Shown: piece after piece, positions 22,301-36,168 of the stretch
How positions within the stretch are numbered: the first letter of the stretch is position 1
Layout: every line of letters starts with the position of its first letter
Virus record (IMG/VR): IMGVR_UViG_2529292716_000011
Direction: 5' to 3' (one strand)
DNA from: a virus
Lineage: Duplodnaviria; Heunggongvirae; Uroviricota; Caudoviricetes
Length of the DNA stretch: 48,128 nucleotides
Made by a program: the position numbers and the translations under genes
The notes under the pieces: model-generated
What the model was told of the DNA's origin: nothing
Database searches by the model: none
What the model saw: only the letters and a program-made list of their open reading frames with translations

Positions 22301-22654
22301 TCAGCGGCGACGGTTAACGGCAGGCGGTACGCCCCGTCCAAGCCAGAGATGACAACTTCCGCCATCATCCGGCGAAACCCGATCTACCCAGAAATTTTCC
22401 TCACCGATGGTCAGCGTGTCTCCACGCCGCAGCTGCCGCACCTCATCAGTCCGGACAAACAGGGACGGGCTGGAGCCTTCAACGCGCACGCCCTGTCCGG
22501 CATAGCTGATATTTTCAGGGTCATCAAAAACACCACGTATCACCGCACCTGACTGCTCACCGGATGTCATGGTGGCTGACGTTCCCATGTACCCGCGTAT
22601 CGTTTCATCGGCGCGGGCAATGGCAGCATCGAACAGGTTATCGAAATCAGCCAC
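22301..22654 (-). CDS. FII: head-tail joining protein FII
   Basis: 117 aa; lambda gpFII-like. Confidence 0.92.
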   Translation of the reverse strand: MADFDNLFDAAIARADETIRGYMGTSATMTSGEQSGAVIRGVFDDPENISYAGQGVRVEGSSPSLFVRTDEVRQLRRGDTLTIGEENFWVDRVSPDDGGSCHLWLGRGVPPAVNRRR

Positions 22655-22665
22655 AGCGCCTCCCG

Positions 22666-23064
22666 TTATTGCATTCTGGCCAGGCCGCGCTCTGTCATTT
22701 CGGCTGCCACACCGGCAGAGACACGAAACGCCGTTCCCGGCAGCACAAATGCCACAGGTTTATCCCGCGTGGCGTGAAGTGCATCAGTATGCAGCGTCAC
22801 CAGTGCCACGACCGTGACCAGTTCAGCCGTATCCTGAATCACGGTATCCGGCTGCGCTGATACCACCTCATTTTCATGCCCGGTCAGCACATTTTCCCGG
22901 CTGAGAGGGGTGTCCTGACCGGCAGTTTCATCCGTGTCATCAAGCTCTTCTTCCAGCTCTGCCACACGAAGCGCCAGTTCTTCTTTCGTTCCCGTCAAAC
23001 TGACATCGCGGTTCAATTGCTCACCCAGCTCCTGAAGACGGGCAATCAGTTCATCTTTCGTCAT
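22666..23064 (-). CDS. FI: DNA packaging protein FI
   Basis: Start at MTKDELIARL (132 aa); spacing to E matches lambda. Confidence 0.9.
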   Translation of the reverse strand: MTKDELIARLQELGEQLNRDVSLTGTKEELALRVAELEEELDDTDETAGQDTPLSRENVLTGHENEVVSAQPDTVIQDTAELVTVVALVTLHTDALHATRDKPVAFVLPGTAFRVSAGVAAEMTERGLARMQ

Positions 23065-23105
23065 GAACTCCTCCACAGAGAGAAAATGGCCCCGAAGGGC
23101 CATGA

Positions 23106-24131
23106 TTACGCCAGTTGAACGGACACGAACTCATCAGGATCAGCCAGCAGCATCAGCGGTGCTGACTGAATCATGGTGAACTCACGCGCCGGATCGCCGG
23201 TGGTCACCCAGTTTTTCGGGTAACGGGCAGAAGCGTTAATGCCTTCGCGCTGTGCGTCCGCATCCTGAATGCAGCCATAGGTGCGCAGACCGCGAGCCTG
23301 AGTGTTCCCCAGCACCATCGTGTTGTCCGGCAGGAAGTTCTTTTTGACGCCGTTTTCCACGTACTGTCCGGAATACACGACGATGGCCACATCGCCATAC
23401 ATTCCCTTATAGGACACCGCTTTGCCCAGGTCTTTTACCGCTGTCTCCAGCTCGGAATGAGAGCCGCGACGGGTATCCAGCTTCTCCTTGACGGCTTTGA
23501 AGGAACGGAACAGCGCCCAGCCTTTCGGGTCAAACACGATGATATTCACCACACCGCTGGCGTTCAGCGCGTAGGCTTCGATATCGTCGGTCGGGTCATA
23601 CGTGGACTTGTCACGCTTGCTCCACTCCGTGACGCCGGACTGTGTGATGTTGTTCGCCGCACTGCGGCCCATATCCACCTCAACCGGATCGAAGGCTTCA
23701 CCGGTCATGGTGTATTTGCCCTTGAGCACGGCAGAAACTGCCTGCATCTCTTCGACCTGAGCAATGGCCAGCTCTTCGTCACGCATGTTCTGCATGATGA
23801 TGCGACGGCGGCGGTAAGCCGGGTCCGCCAGATTCTGCGGATCTTCATCCGGCAGGCGACGCAGGGTCATCTGCGGATTCACCTCATGCTTGGGTTTGAC
23901 ATATCCCGGCGTAAATTCAGAGGTGGAGCCGCCACGGGAACGGATAACCTCACCGGAAACAATCGGCGAAACGTACAGCGCCATGTTTACCAGTCCCGGA
24001 ATTTGTGAGAGATAGACTTTCTCCGTAGTGAAGGGATAGCTCTCACGGAAAAAGAGACGCAGAAACAGCGGATCAAACTTAAATTTCTGCTCATTTGCCG
24101 CCAGCAGCTGGGCGGTTGTGTACATCGACAT
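23106..24131 (-). CDS. E: major capsid protein E
   Basis: Start at MSMYTTAQLL (341 aa); lambda gpE-like. Confidence 0.93.
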   Translation of the reverse strand: MSMYTTAQLLAANEQKFKFDPLFLRLFFRESYPFTTEKVYLSQIPGLVNMALYVSPIVSGEVIRSRGGSTSEFTPGYVKPKHEVNPQMTLRRLPDEDPQNLADPAYRRRRIIMQNMRDEELAIAQVEEMQAVSAVLKGKYTMTGEAFDPVEVDMGRSAANNITQSGVTEWSKRDKSTYDPTDDIEAYALNASGVVNIIVFDPKGWALFRSFKAVKEKLDTRRGSHSELETAVKDLGKAVSYKGMYGDVAIVVYSGQYVENGVKKNFLPDNTMVLGNTQARGLRTYGCIQDADAQREGINASARYPKNWVTTGDPAREFTMIQSAPLMLLADPDEFVSVQLA

Positions 24132-24186
24132 AAAAAAATCCCGTAAAAAAAGCCACACAGGCGGCCTTTAGTGATGAAGGGTAAAG

Positions 24187-24519
24187 TTAAACGATGCTGA
24201 TTGCCGTTCCGGCAAACACGGTCCGTTTTTTCGTCTCGTCGCTGGCAGCCTCCGGCCAGAGCACATCCTCATAACGGAACGTGCCGGACTTGTAGAACGT
24301 CAGTGTGGTGCTGGTCTGGTCAGCAGCAACCGCAAGAATGCCAACGGCAGCACCGTCGGTGGTGCCATCCCACGCAACCAGCTTACGGGTGGAGGTGTCC
24401 AGCATCAGCGGGGTCATTGCAGGCGCTTTCGCACTCAATCCGCCGGGCGCGGTTGCGGTATGAGCCGGGTCACTATTGCCCAGCGGCTGGTAATGGGTAA
24501 AGGTTTCTTTGCTCGTCAT
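24187..24519 (-). CDS. D: head decoration protein D
   Basis: Start at [11 protein letters not shown] (110 aa); lambda gpD-like. Confidence 0.92.
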   Translation of the reverse strand: MTSKETFTHYQPLGNSDPAHTATAPGGLSAKAPAMTPLMLDTSTRKLVAWDGTTDGAAVGILAVAADQTSTTLTFYKSGTFRYEDVLWPEAASDETKKRTVFAGTAISIV

Positions 24520-24528
24520 AAACATCCC

Positions 24529-25134
24529 TTACACTGGTGTGTTCAGCAAATCGTTAACGGCATCAGATGCCGGGTTACCTGCAGCCAGCGGTGCCGGTGC
24601 CCCCTGCATCAGACGATCCAGCGCAGTGTCACTGCGCGTCTGTGCACTCTGTGGTGCTGCGGCCAGAATACGGCGGGCCGTTTCCACGGTCATACCGGGG
24701 GTTTCGGCCAGCACGCGTGCCTGTTCTTCGCGTCCGTGAGCCTCCTCACAGTTGAGGATCCCCATAATGCGACTGTTTTCTGCCGCAACCGCTGCGGTGA
24801 TCTGCGCGTTCACGTCCGGCTGCGCCGCGCTGGCGTTCTCGCCCTCCGTCGCTTGCACCACGCCAGTAACGTCAGCCTGCGAAGCAGTGGCTGAAACAGT
24901 TGTTGATTGAGTCTCTTTGGTCATTCGCCCTCCTGAGAGACGGGATTTACGTGCATCCAGTGCATCACGCATGACGGTGATCGCATCGGTACTGTTAACA
25001 AGTTCATCAGCCAGTCCGGCATCAATGGCCTCCTGACCGCTGTACACTGCAGCCTCGGTATCCAGCACAGCCTGCACGGACAGGCCGGTATATGCCGACA
25101 CCTTCTGTGCAAACATCCGGCGGGTTGCATCCAT
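24529..25134 (-). CDS. Nu3: scaffolding protein Nu3 (in-frame internal start within C)
   Basis: In-frame ATG at 25132-25134 (MDATRRMFAQ...) sharing the C stop, at the position expected from the lambda map. Confidence 0.6.
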   Translation of the reverse strand: MDATRRMFAQKVSAYTGLSVQAVLDTEAAVYSGQEAIDAGLADELVNSTDAITVMRDALDARKSRLSGGRMTKETQSTTVSATASQADVTGVVQATEGENASAAQPDVNAQITAAVAAENSRIMGILNCEEAHGREEQARVLAETPGMTVETARRILAAAPQSAQTRSDTALDRLMQGAPAPLAAGNPASDAVNDLLNTPV

Positions 25135-25828
25135 CCGGGACTGCAATGTTTCCCGGACATCATCCGGTAGATGGCTGTAGGGGTTGCCATCCACCTTATG
25201 GCTGCCGCTGTAAATCAGCGTGATTTCCACGCCCTGTTTCTCCAGTGCAGCGCCGTAATTACTGTGAGCCATCATGACGCCGATGGAGCCTGTCCGGGCG
25301 GTCTGCGTGACCAGACGCCGGGAGGCGGCACTGGCAAGCAGCTGACCTGCGCTGCAGTTCATGTCATTGGCCAGCGCCCATACCGGCTTTATGTCACGCA
25401 CACGGGCGATGATGTCAGCGCAGTCAAATGCTCCCGCCACCATTCCGCCCGGTGTGTCCATATCGAGCAGAATGCCGTCCACCATCGGGTCGCTGGCAGC
25501 CTGTTGCAGACGGGCGATAATGCCGTTGTAACCGGTCATCCCCGAGTACGGCTGCAGCGCCCGCGTCCGGCTGACCAGCGTGCCGGACACCGGCAGCACG
25601 GCGATGCCGTTCATTACCTGATAACTGCGGGCCTGTCGTGGTCCGTCATCATCACCGGATAACGCCAGCGCCGCGGGTGCCTCTCCGGCAGTCAGGCTGT
25701 CGCCGGATACTGCATCCGTCAGGCAGCTGATCCCAAGCTGGCCTGCAAGCGCACAAAAGAAAACCCGCGCATAGGCGGGTTCAAGCATCAGCGGCTCATT
25801 AAAAGCCATGCTGGCAATATGCGGGAGA

Positions 25829-25848
<20 letters not shown>
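24529..25848 (-). CDS. C: head maturation protease / minor capsid protein C
   Basis: 439 aa from a GTG start (MTAELRNLPHIAS); overlaps the B 3' end by 20 nt. Confidence 0.9.
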
Positions 25849-29529
<3,681 letters not shown>

Positions 29530-29555
<26 letters not shown>

Positions 29556-30075
29556 TCAGCAACCCCGGTATCAGTTCATCCAGCGCGGCTGCTTTGTTCA
29601 TGGCTTTGATGATATCCCGTTTCAGGAAATCAACATGTCGGTTTTCCAGTTCCGGAAAACGCCGCTGCACCGACAGGGGGATCCCGTCGAGAATACTGGC
29701 AATTTCACCTGCGATCCGCGACAGCACGAAAGTACAGAATGCGGTTTCCACCACTTCAGCGGAGTCTCTGGCATTTTTCAGCTCCTGTGCGTCGGCCTGC
29801 GCACGCGTAAGTCGATGGCGTTCGTACTCAATAGTCCCTGGCTGGAGATCTGTCTCGCTGGCCTGCCGCAGTTCTTCAACTTCCCGGCGCAGCTTTTCGT
29901 TCTCAATTTCAGCATCCCTTTCGGCATACCATCTTATAACGGCGGCAGAGTCATAAAGCACCTCATTACCCTTGCCACCGCCTCGCAGAACGGGCATTCC
30001 CTGTTCCTGCCAGTTCTGAATGGTACGGATACTCGCACCGAAAATGTCAGCCAGCTGCTTTTTGTTGACTTCCAT
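29530..30075 (-). CDS. Nu1: terminase small subunit Nu1
   Basis: 181 aa; lambda gpNu1-like with winged-HTH N-terminus. Confidence 0.93.
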
Positions 30076-30280
30076 TGTTCATTCCACGGACAAAAACAGA
30101 GAAAGGAAACGACAGAGGCCAAAAAAGCCCGTTTTCAGCACCTGTCGTTTCCTTTCTTTTCAGGGGGTGTTTTAAATAAAAACATTAGGTTACGGCGAAG
30201 AAGAACGGAAACGCCTTAAACCGGAAAATTGTCATAAATAGCGAAAACCCGCGCGCCTTCCGCCCCGTAACCTGTCGGAT
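30076..30280. other. cos region (cosB and cosN; cohesive-end 12-mer at 30254-30265)
   Basis: Flanks match the lambda ends (cgcgggttttcgctatttatga... and ...gatccgacaggttacg); the 12-mer reads gggcggaaggcg on the phage top strand instead of gggcggcgacct. Confidence 0.75.
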
Positions 30281-30301
30281 CGCCGGAAAGGACCCGCAAA
30301 A

Positions 30302-30316
30302 TGATAATAATTATCA
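30302..30316. promoter_or_regulatory. perfect 7-1-7 inverted repeat TGATAAT-A-ATTATCA (Fur-box-like)
   Basis: Exact palindrome about 150 bp upstream of the ylcI-like start, in AT-rich DNA between cos and the first plus-strand gene. Confidence 0.35.
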
Positions 30317-30464
30317 TCTACATGTCACAACGTGCATCTACGCCATCAAACCACGTCAAATAATCAATTATGACGCAGGTATCGTATTAATTGATCTGCA
30401 TCAACTTAACGTAAAAACAACTTCAGACAATACAAATCAGCGACACTGAATACAGGGCAACCTC

Positions 30465-30698
30465 ATGTCAACGAAGAACAGAACCCGCAGAACAACAACC
30501 CGCAACATCCGCTTTCCTAACCAAATGATTGAACAAATTAACATCGCTCTTGTTCAAAAAGGGTCCGGGAATTTCTCAGCCTGGGTCATTGAAGCCTGCC
30601 GCCGGAGACTGTGCTCAGAAAAAAGAGTTTCGCCTGAAGCAAACAAAGAAAAGAGTGACATTACTGAATTGCTCAGAAAACAGGTTAGACCAGATTGA
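30465..30698 (+). CDS. small basic protein, YlcI-like (DUF3950-type)
   Basis: 77 aa; Arg/Thr-rich N-terminus; resembles the DLP12 YlcI family from memory. Confidence 0.55.
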   Translation: MSTKNRTRRTTTRNIRFPNQMIEQINIALVQKGSGNFSAWVIEACRRRLCSEKRVSPEANKEKSDITELLRKQVRPD

Positions 30699-30755
30699 AG
30701 CAATTTAGATAATCGTGCAGACTACGCCCCCTCATATCACATGGAAGGTACTACA

Positions 30756-31166
30756 ATGGCTCAGGTTGCCATTTTTAAACAAATATTCGATAAAGTGCGA
30801 AATAATTTAAACTATCACTGGTTTTATTCTGAACTAAAACGTCACAATGTCTCACATTACATTTACTATTTAGCCACAGAGAATATTCATCTTGTTCTTG
30901 AAAACGATAATACGGTTTTAATAAAAGGACAGGGTAAGGTTGTAAATGTAAGATTTTCAAAAAATAAATGCCTTATAGAAGCCACCTTAAAAGGATTCAA
31001 ATCAGGAGAGTTATCATTTTACGAATACAGGAAAAATCTTGCTACAGCAGGGGTTTTCAGATGGATTACAAATATCCACGAAAACAAAAGGTATTACTAT
31101 ACCTTTGATAATTCATTACTCTTTACTGAGAACATACAGAACACTACACAAATATTTCCGCACTAA
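30756..31166 (+). CDS. ybcV: DUF1398 family protein, YbcV-like
   Basis: Start at [12 protein letters not shown] (136 aa; ORF track start 30741); translation resembles DLP12 YbcV. Confidence 0.7.
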   Translation: MAQVAIFKQIFDKVRNNLNYHWFYSELKRHNVSHYIYYLATENIHLVLENDNTVLIKGQGKVVNVRFSKNKCLIEATLKGFKSGELSFYEYRKNLATAGVFRWITNIHENKRYYYTFDNSLLFTENIQNTTQIFPH

Positions 31167-31345
31167 ATCATAACGTCCGGTTTCTTCCGTGCCAGAACCG
31201 GACTCGCTGGCATGATGAAATATGTGTACCCGGTAACCCCGGTGTGCATCGTTTTTGATTATTCCCGCACACTCGCGCAGAAGGAGTTCCCCGTCGGGCT
31301 ACGGTCTCTGTTAATACGGGAATACGGCGACGATTGGATTTGCCC

Positions 31346-32251
31346 CTATATTTCCAGACATCTGTTATCACTTAACCCATTACAAGCCCGCTGCCGCAGA
31401 TATTCCCGTGGCGAGCGATAACCCAGCGCACTATGCGGATGCCATTCGTTATAATGCTCGAACGCCTCTGCAAGGTTCTTTGCTGCCGTTAACCCGTCTG
31501 GTTTGGGCATGATACTGATGTAGTCACGCTTTATCGTTTTCACGAAGCTCTCTGCTATTCCGTTACTCTCCGGACTCCGCACCGCCGTGTTCTTCGGTTC
31601 AAGTCCCAACATCCGGGCGAACTGGCGTGTTTCATTAGCCCGGTAGCATGAACCATTATCCGTCAGCCACTCCACTGGAGACGACGGAAGATCGTTGCCG
31701 AAGCGGCGTTCCACCGCTCCCAGCATGACGTCCTGTACTGTTTCACTGTTGAAGCCGCCGGTAGTCACCGCCCAGTGCAGTGCCTCACGATCACAGCAGT
31801 CCAGCGCGAACGTGACACGCAGTCTCTCTCCGTTATCACAGCAGAACTCGAACCCGTCAGAGCACCATCGCTGATTGCTTTCTTTCACGGCCACTCTGCC
31901 TGTATGTGCCCGTTTCGATGGCGGTACAGCAGGTTTTCGCTCAAGCAACAGCGCATTCTGGCGCATGATCCGGTAAACACGTTTGGCATTGATCGCAGGC
32001 ATACCATCAAGTTCTGCCTGTCTGCGAAGCAGCGCCCATACCCGACGATAACCATACGTGGGCAGCTCTCCGATAACATGGTGTATACGGAGAAGCACAT
32101 CCGTATCATCAGTGTGACGACTGCGGCGGCCATCCATCCAGTCATCGGTTCGTCTGAGAATGACGTGCAACTGCGCACGCGACACCCGGAGACAACGGCT
32201 GACTAAGCTTACTCCCCATCCCCGGGCAATAAGGGCGCGTGCGCTATCCAC
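31346..32251 (-). CDS. insD: IS2 transposase InsD
   Basis: 301 aa; DDE transposase. Confidence 0.92.
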
Positions 32252-32574
32252 TTTTTTGCCCGTCCATATTCAACGGCTTCTTTGAGGAGTTCATTTTCCA
32301 TCGTTTTCTTGCCGAGCAGGCGCTGGAGTTCTTTAATCTGCTTCATGGCGGCAGCAAGTTCAGAGGCAGGAACAACCTGTTCTCCGGCGGCCACAGCAGT
32401 AAGACTTCCTTCCTGGTATTGCTTACGCCAGAGAAATAACTGGCTGGCTGCTACACCATGTTGCCGGGCAACGAGGGAGACCGTCATCCCCGGTTCAAAG
32501 CTCTGCTGAACAATTGCGATCTTTTCCTGTGTGGTACGCCGTCTGCGTTTCTCCGGCCCTAAGACATCAATCAT
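32209..32574 (-). CDS. insC: IS2 InsC
   Basis: Start at [13 protein letters not shown] (121 aa). Confidence 0.9.
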
Positions 32575-33090
32575 CTGTACTCCAATGACTAGTCTAAAAA
32601 CTAGTATTAAGACTATCACTTATTTAAGTGATACTGGTTGTCTGGAGATTCAGGGGGCCAGTCTAACGATACAGCGCATGATGTGTCAGGCTTGAATACC
32701 TTTATCCTTTAAAAGGGATATCAGTTAAGTTATCCCGTGTAGGGTATAAGCCATTATCAAAGCCACTCTGTAGGGAATGGCTTTTGTGATGGCATCACTT
32801 ACTCTTTACGCTGCTATCCCACTCATCCCGGAATTTTGATGGGTTATTGAAACCTTCTGCTGACATAACAACTCCTTCAATGTTTGGCTGAAATTGGGAT
32901 GTCTTTCCATCAGTCCGCCACCACAAAGAATCTTTTTTGCCATAAGGCAGGAGGTTCATCTTTCAGTGGCTGCCGGTGTTATTTCCCCACTTACTGGCTT
33001 GGGTTGTTTCGTGGTACTGCCGTTAACTGGTGGCCCAGAATAAATTCCGGTTTCATTATCAAGCCCACCCGTAAATGGGCTTTGTAATGG

Positions 33091-33348
33091 CTACTTCGCT
33101 TTTGCTTCCGCTCGCTTACGCCGGCGCTCTTCTTTCCTCTCGGCTTTTGCCATGTCCATGAATGCCTGCATGATCGAGTTCCGCATCATGTAGCTAACAA
33201 AGTGATGATTGACACAGCCGTTGAGGCGCAGCTGCTCGCCAAACTCATCCACCGAGGCCAATGCTTCCATCATGCCCTTCTCGCCTTTCATGAACTCTGA
33301 GAAGTCGCGCCCCGCTCTGGAGGCGCATTCAATAACATGATCACTCAT
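33091..33348 (-). CDS. hypothetical protein (85 aa) translationally coupled to the KilA-N gene
   Basis: Start overlaps the upstream stop (ATGA); charged Lys/Arg/Glu-rich C-terminus; no family recognised. Confidence 0.5.
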   Translation of the reverse strand: MSDHVIECASRAGRDFSEFMKGEKGMMEALASVDEFGEQLRLNGCVNHHFVSYMMRNSIMQAFMDMAKAERKEERRRKRAEAKAK

Positions 33349-33842
33349 CCCGGAAGCCCGGGGATCGTAATCTGCAGCTGGTTAGCCAGGGAGTTAATCT
33401 CAGCGACCAACACTGGCTTCGTATAGCGCCATGCTGCCAGCCCTTGTCCGCAGAAGCTCGCCATATCTTTCTTCTGGTCAAATTCATGACATTTCATGTT
33501 GAGCTGCGCACTTAAGCTGTTGCGATGCTGAAGTTCTCCGGTGAAGTAGTCATCGAGGACTTTATAGGCCGCGTACTTGAACCCGGGGTTTAACCAAGCC
33601 GCATAATCGTAAGCAACAAACTTCCCGCCATATGTTCCACCGTGTACACCGCGCTCAGTAAAAACCACAGATTCGTGGTTTTTCTCCAGCTCGGCTAAGA
33701 ACTCTTTGGTCTGCTTGTTTCGCAGGTAGTGGTAAGGCGATTCAGATTCACTTTTACCACTGGCTTTCCACATATCAGTGAGGCAGATCATGCCATCTTC
33801 ACCGATACGAATTGGTTGATTGAAGAGGGTTAATGATTTCAT
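33345..33842 (-). CDS. KilA-N domain protein
   Basis: 165 aa; N-terminal motif (ICLTDMWKASGK...YHYLRNKQTKEFLAEL) typical of KilA-N/Bro-N. Confidence 0.65.
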   Translation of the reverse strand: MKSLTLFNQPIRIGEDGMICLTDMWKASGKSESESPYHYLRNKQTKEFLAELEKNHESVVFTERGVHGGTYGGKFVAYDYAAWLNPGFKYAAYKVLDDYFTGELQHRNSLSAQLNMKCHEFDQKKDMASFCGQGLAAWRYTKPVLVAEINSLANQLQITIPGLPG

Positions 33843-34043
33843 AGCGTGTACCTACTCTTTGAAATGAACCTTTGCCGCACAGGAAACCAGCCCACCGAGG
33901 CTCGCCAGCACTAACTGGTATCCTCAAAGGCCCATTCCAAAGGGGCAGGTTCGGTGTAAAAAACATGCGTTGCGGTACGCATTTATTGCAAAAAGCCCCG
34001 CATCGCGAGGCTCATTAAATGGACTTTGTGATTTGCAAAAAAA

Positions 34044-34502
34044 TTATTTCAGGCATTGCGTCCTGATGTATTCCTGCAGGTAGTTAACCTGCGCGGTTAT
34101 CTTGTCGATTCCACTTCGGAGACGGTAATAATTGAGTTCAGCATCTGCTGTAAGTCCTGGGCTTTCTCCATCGCCCATGCCGCTGGCTCCGGTCGTTGAC
34201 TTTGCACAGGTGGCGGCGACTTGCAGGCGCTTACGCCCAGCAGAAACATCAGCACGGAGACTTTCGATAGTCGCGTTAGCATCAGCAAGCTCCTTTATGT
34301 ATCTTGCGTCGAGTTCTGCTACATCACGTTGACGCTTCCGCATGTCAGCGATGGTGGCGTTCGCCTTCTCCAGTTCACTGGCCTTGTTATCGCGCTGCTC
34401 TTTGTAGGCGATTGCGTTATCACGGTAATGATTAACAGCCAATGACAGGCAGACGATGATGCAGATAACCAGAGCGGAGATAATCGCGGTTACTCTGCTC
34501 AT
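34044..34502 (-). CDS. Rz: i-spanin Rz
   Basis: Start at [17 protein letters not shown] (ORF track start 34514); start overlaps the R stop. Confidence 0.88.
   Translation of the reverse strand: MSRVTAIISALVICIIVCLSLAVNHYRDNAIAYKEQRDNKASELEKANATIADMRKRQRDVAELDARYIKELADANATIESLRADVSAGRKRLQVAATCAKSTTGASGMGDGESPGLTADAELNYYRLRSGIDKITAQVNYLQEYIRTQCLK
34097..34288 (-). CDS. Rz1: o-spanin Rz1 (lipoprotein embedded in Rz in another frame)
   Basis: 63 aa; signal with lipobox LGVSAC; proline-rich mature region. Confidence 0.8.
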   Translation of the reverse strand: MLMLTRLSKVSVLMFLLGVSACKSPPPVQSQRPEPAAWAMEKAQDLQQMLNSIITVSEVESTR

Positions 34503-34996
34503 TGTTTCCCCCACAAACAGACTTCACGCTCAATCTCACGGCGAGTCATCAGTCCTTTCCATTGATTACCGCCAGCGTATGTCCAGCGCCGTAGCTGATC
34601 ACATGCGCCTTTAATATCACCCTGGTTTATTTTGCGAAGAAGCGTCGATGTTCTGAAATTGCCAGCACCCACGTTGTAGACGAACGAGTAAAGAGCGCAG
34701 CGCGTTGTTTCCGGTATATCGACTTTGATGTACGGGTTAATTTGTCTGGCGACAGTGGCAAGGTCTTTATTCAGGAGGGCTTTGCACTCTGCTTCGGTAT
34801 ACGTTTTACCGGGAATGATGTCTTTTCCTGTATGCCCGTAACATACAGTCCATACACCAACTATGTCTTTGTAAGGATTATGTCTCACACCTTCCAGACC
34901 ATCGTTACCACCTGGGCCAGTGATTAACACAGATGCTATAGCAATAGCCCCGCCACCAATAGCAGCAGCAACAGCTTTTCGTAATGATGGAGGCAT
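34499..34996 (-). CDS. R: SAR endolysin (phage-21-type lysozyme R)
   Basis: 165 aa; N-terminal signal-anchor-release segment ([19 protein letters not shown]) followed by a T4-lysozyme-like domain. Confidence 0.9.
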   Translation of the reverse strand: MPPSLRKAVAAAIGGGAIAIASVLITGPGGNDGLEGVRHNPYKDIVGVWTVCYGHTGKDIIPGKTYTEAECKALLNKDLATVARQINPYIKVDIPETTRCALYSFVYNVGAGNFRTSTLLRKINQGDIKGACDQLRRWTYAGGNQWKGLMTRREIEREVCLWGKQ

Positions 34997-35211
34997 TATC
35001 CACCTCTCGCAGCCTTGCGCTTATCTTCTTTAATCTTGAAATAAAGGTTTGTCAGGTACGTCAGCAGGCCAAATACCAGGCTACCCAGCACTCCAATTGC
35101 CGCCCACTGTGAGGGCGTGACTTTATCTAGCAGCTGTAAAAACCAGTACCCGGCACTACCTGCTGAGGTGCCATAGGCGACACCCGTTGTTAACTTATCC
35201 ATGGATTTCAT
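34996..35211 (-). CDS. S: pinholin S (phage-21 S-like)
   Basis: 71 aa; two TM segments and a charged C-terminus. Confidence 0.9.
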
Positions 35212-35401
35212 AACCCCACCTCGCAGACAAAGCGGGTGTAAATTGAGGGAATACTACGAAACGTAACAGACTCGGAGTCAGTGAATAACTCAGGTATTGG
35301 GTTATCAGCTAATATCGAGACTCAAAAAATGGAAAAACCCGCTCGACGGCGGGTTTAAGCTGTGTGACGAAGTAACCACTCTTAACAGCATAACCAATTT
35401 T

Positions 35402-36168
35402 GGTGATGCTGCCAACTTACTGATTTAGTGTATGATGGTGTTTTTGAGGTGCTCCAGTGGCTTCTGTTTCTATCAGCTGTCCCTCCTGTTCAGCTACTGA
35501 CGGGGTGGTGCGTAACGGCAAAAGCACTGCCGGACATCAGCGCTATCTCTGCTCTCACTGCCGTAAAACATGGCAACTGCAGTTCACTTACACCGCTTCT
35601 CAACCCGGTACGCACCAGAAAATCATTGATATGGCCATGAATGGCGTTGGATGCCGGGCAACAGCGCGCATTATGGGCGTTGGCCTCAACACGATTTTAC
35701 GTCACTTAAAAACTCAGGCCGCAGTCGGTAACCTCGCGCATACAGCCGGGCAGTGACGTCATCGTCTGCGCGGAAATGGACGAACAGTGGGGCTATGTCG
35801 GGGCTAAATCGCGCCAGCGCTGGCTGTTTTACGCGTATGACAGTCTCCGGAAGACGGTTGTTGCGCACGTATTCGGTGAACGCACTATGGCGACGCTGGG
35901 GCGTCTTATGAGCCTGCTGTCACCCTTTGACGTGGTGATATGGATGACGGATGGCTGGCCGCTGTATGAATCCCGCCTGAAGGGAAAGCTGCACGTAATC
36001 AGCAAGCGATATACGCAGCGAATTGAGCGGCATAACCTGAATCTGAGGCAGCACCTGGCACGGCTGGGACGGAAGTCGCTGTCGTTCTCAAAATCGGTGG
36101 AGCTGCATGACAAAGTCATCGGGCATTATCTGAACATAAAACACTATCAATAAGTTGGAGTCATTACC
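35402..36168 (+). mobile_element. IS1 copy 2 (767 bp) with 8-bp target duplication CCAATTTT; one A missing from the frameshift A-run
   Basis: Terminal repeats present; CCAATTTT at 35394-35401 and 36169-36176; slippery run is A5C where copies 1, 3 and 4 have A6C, so insA reads on to 99 aa. Confidence 0.93.

Larger units (their letters stand above)
31335..32665 (-). mobile_element. IS2 (1331 bp, complete) with 5-bp target duplication ACGAT
   Basis: Ends tggatttgcccc (31335) and cagggggccagtcta (32665); ACGAT at 31330-31334 and 32666-32670. Confidence 0.95.

Noticed and set aside
32666-33090. Search for a Bor-like lipoprotein gene between IS2 and the 85-aa gene
   Set aside because: Only short ORFs of roughly 20-45 codons without a lipoprotein signal; no Bor-like translation found on either strand
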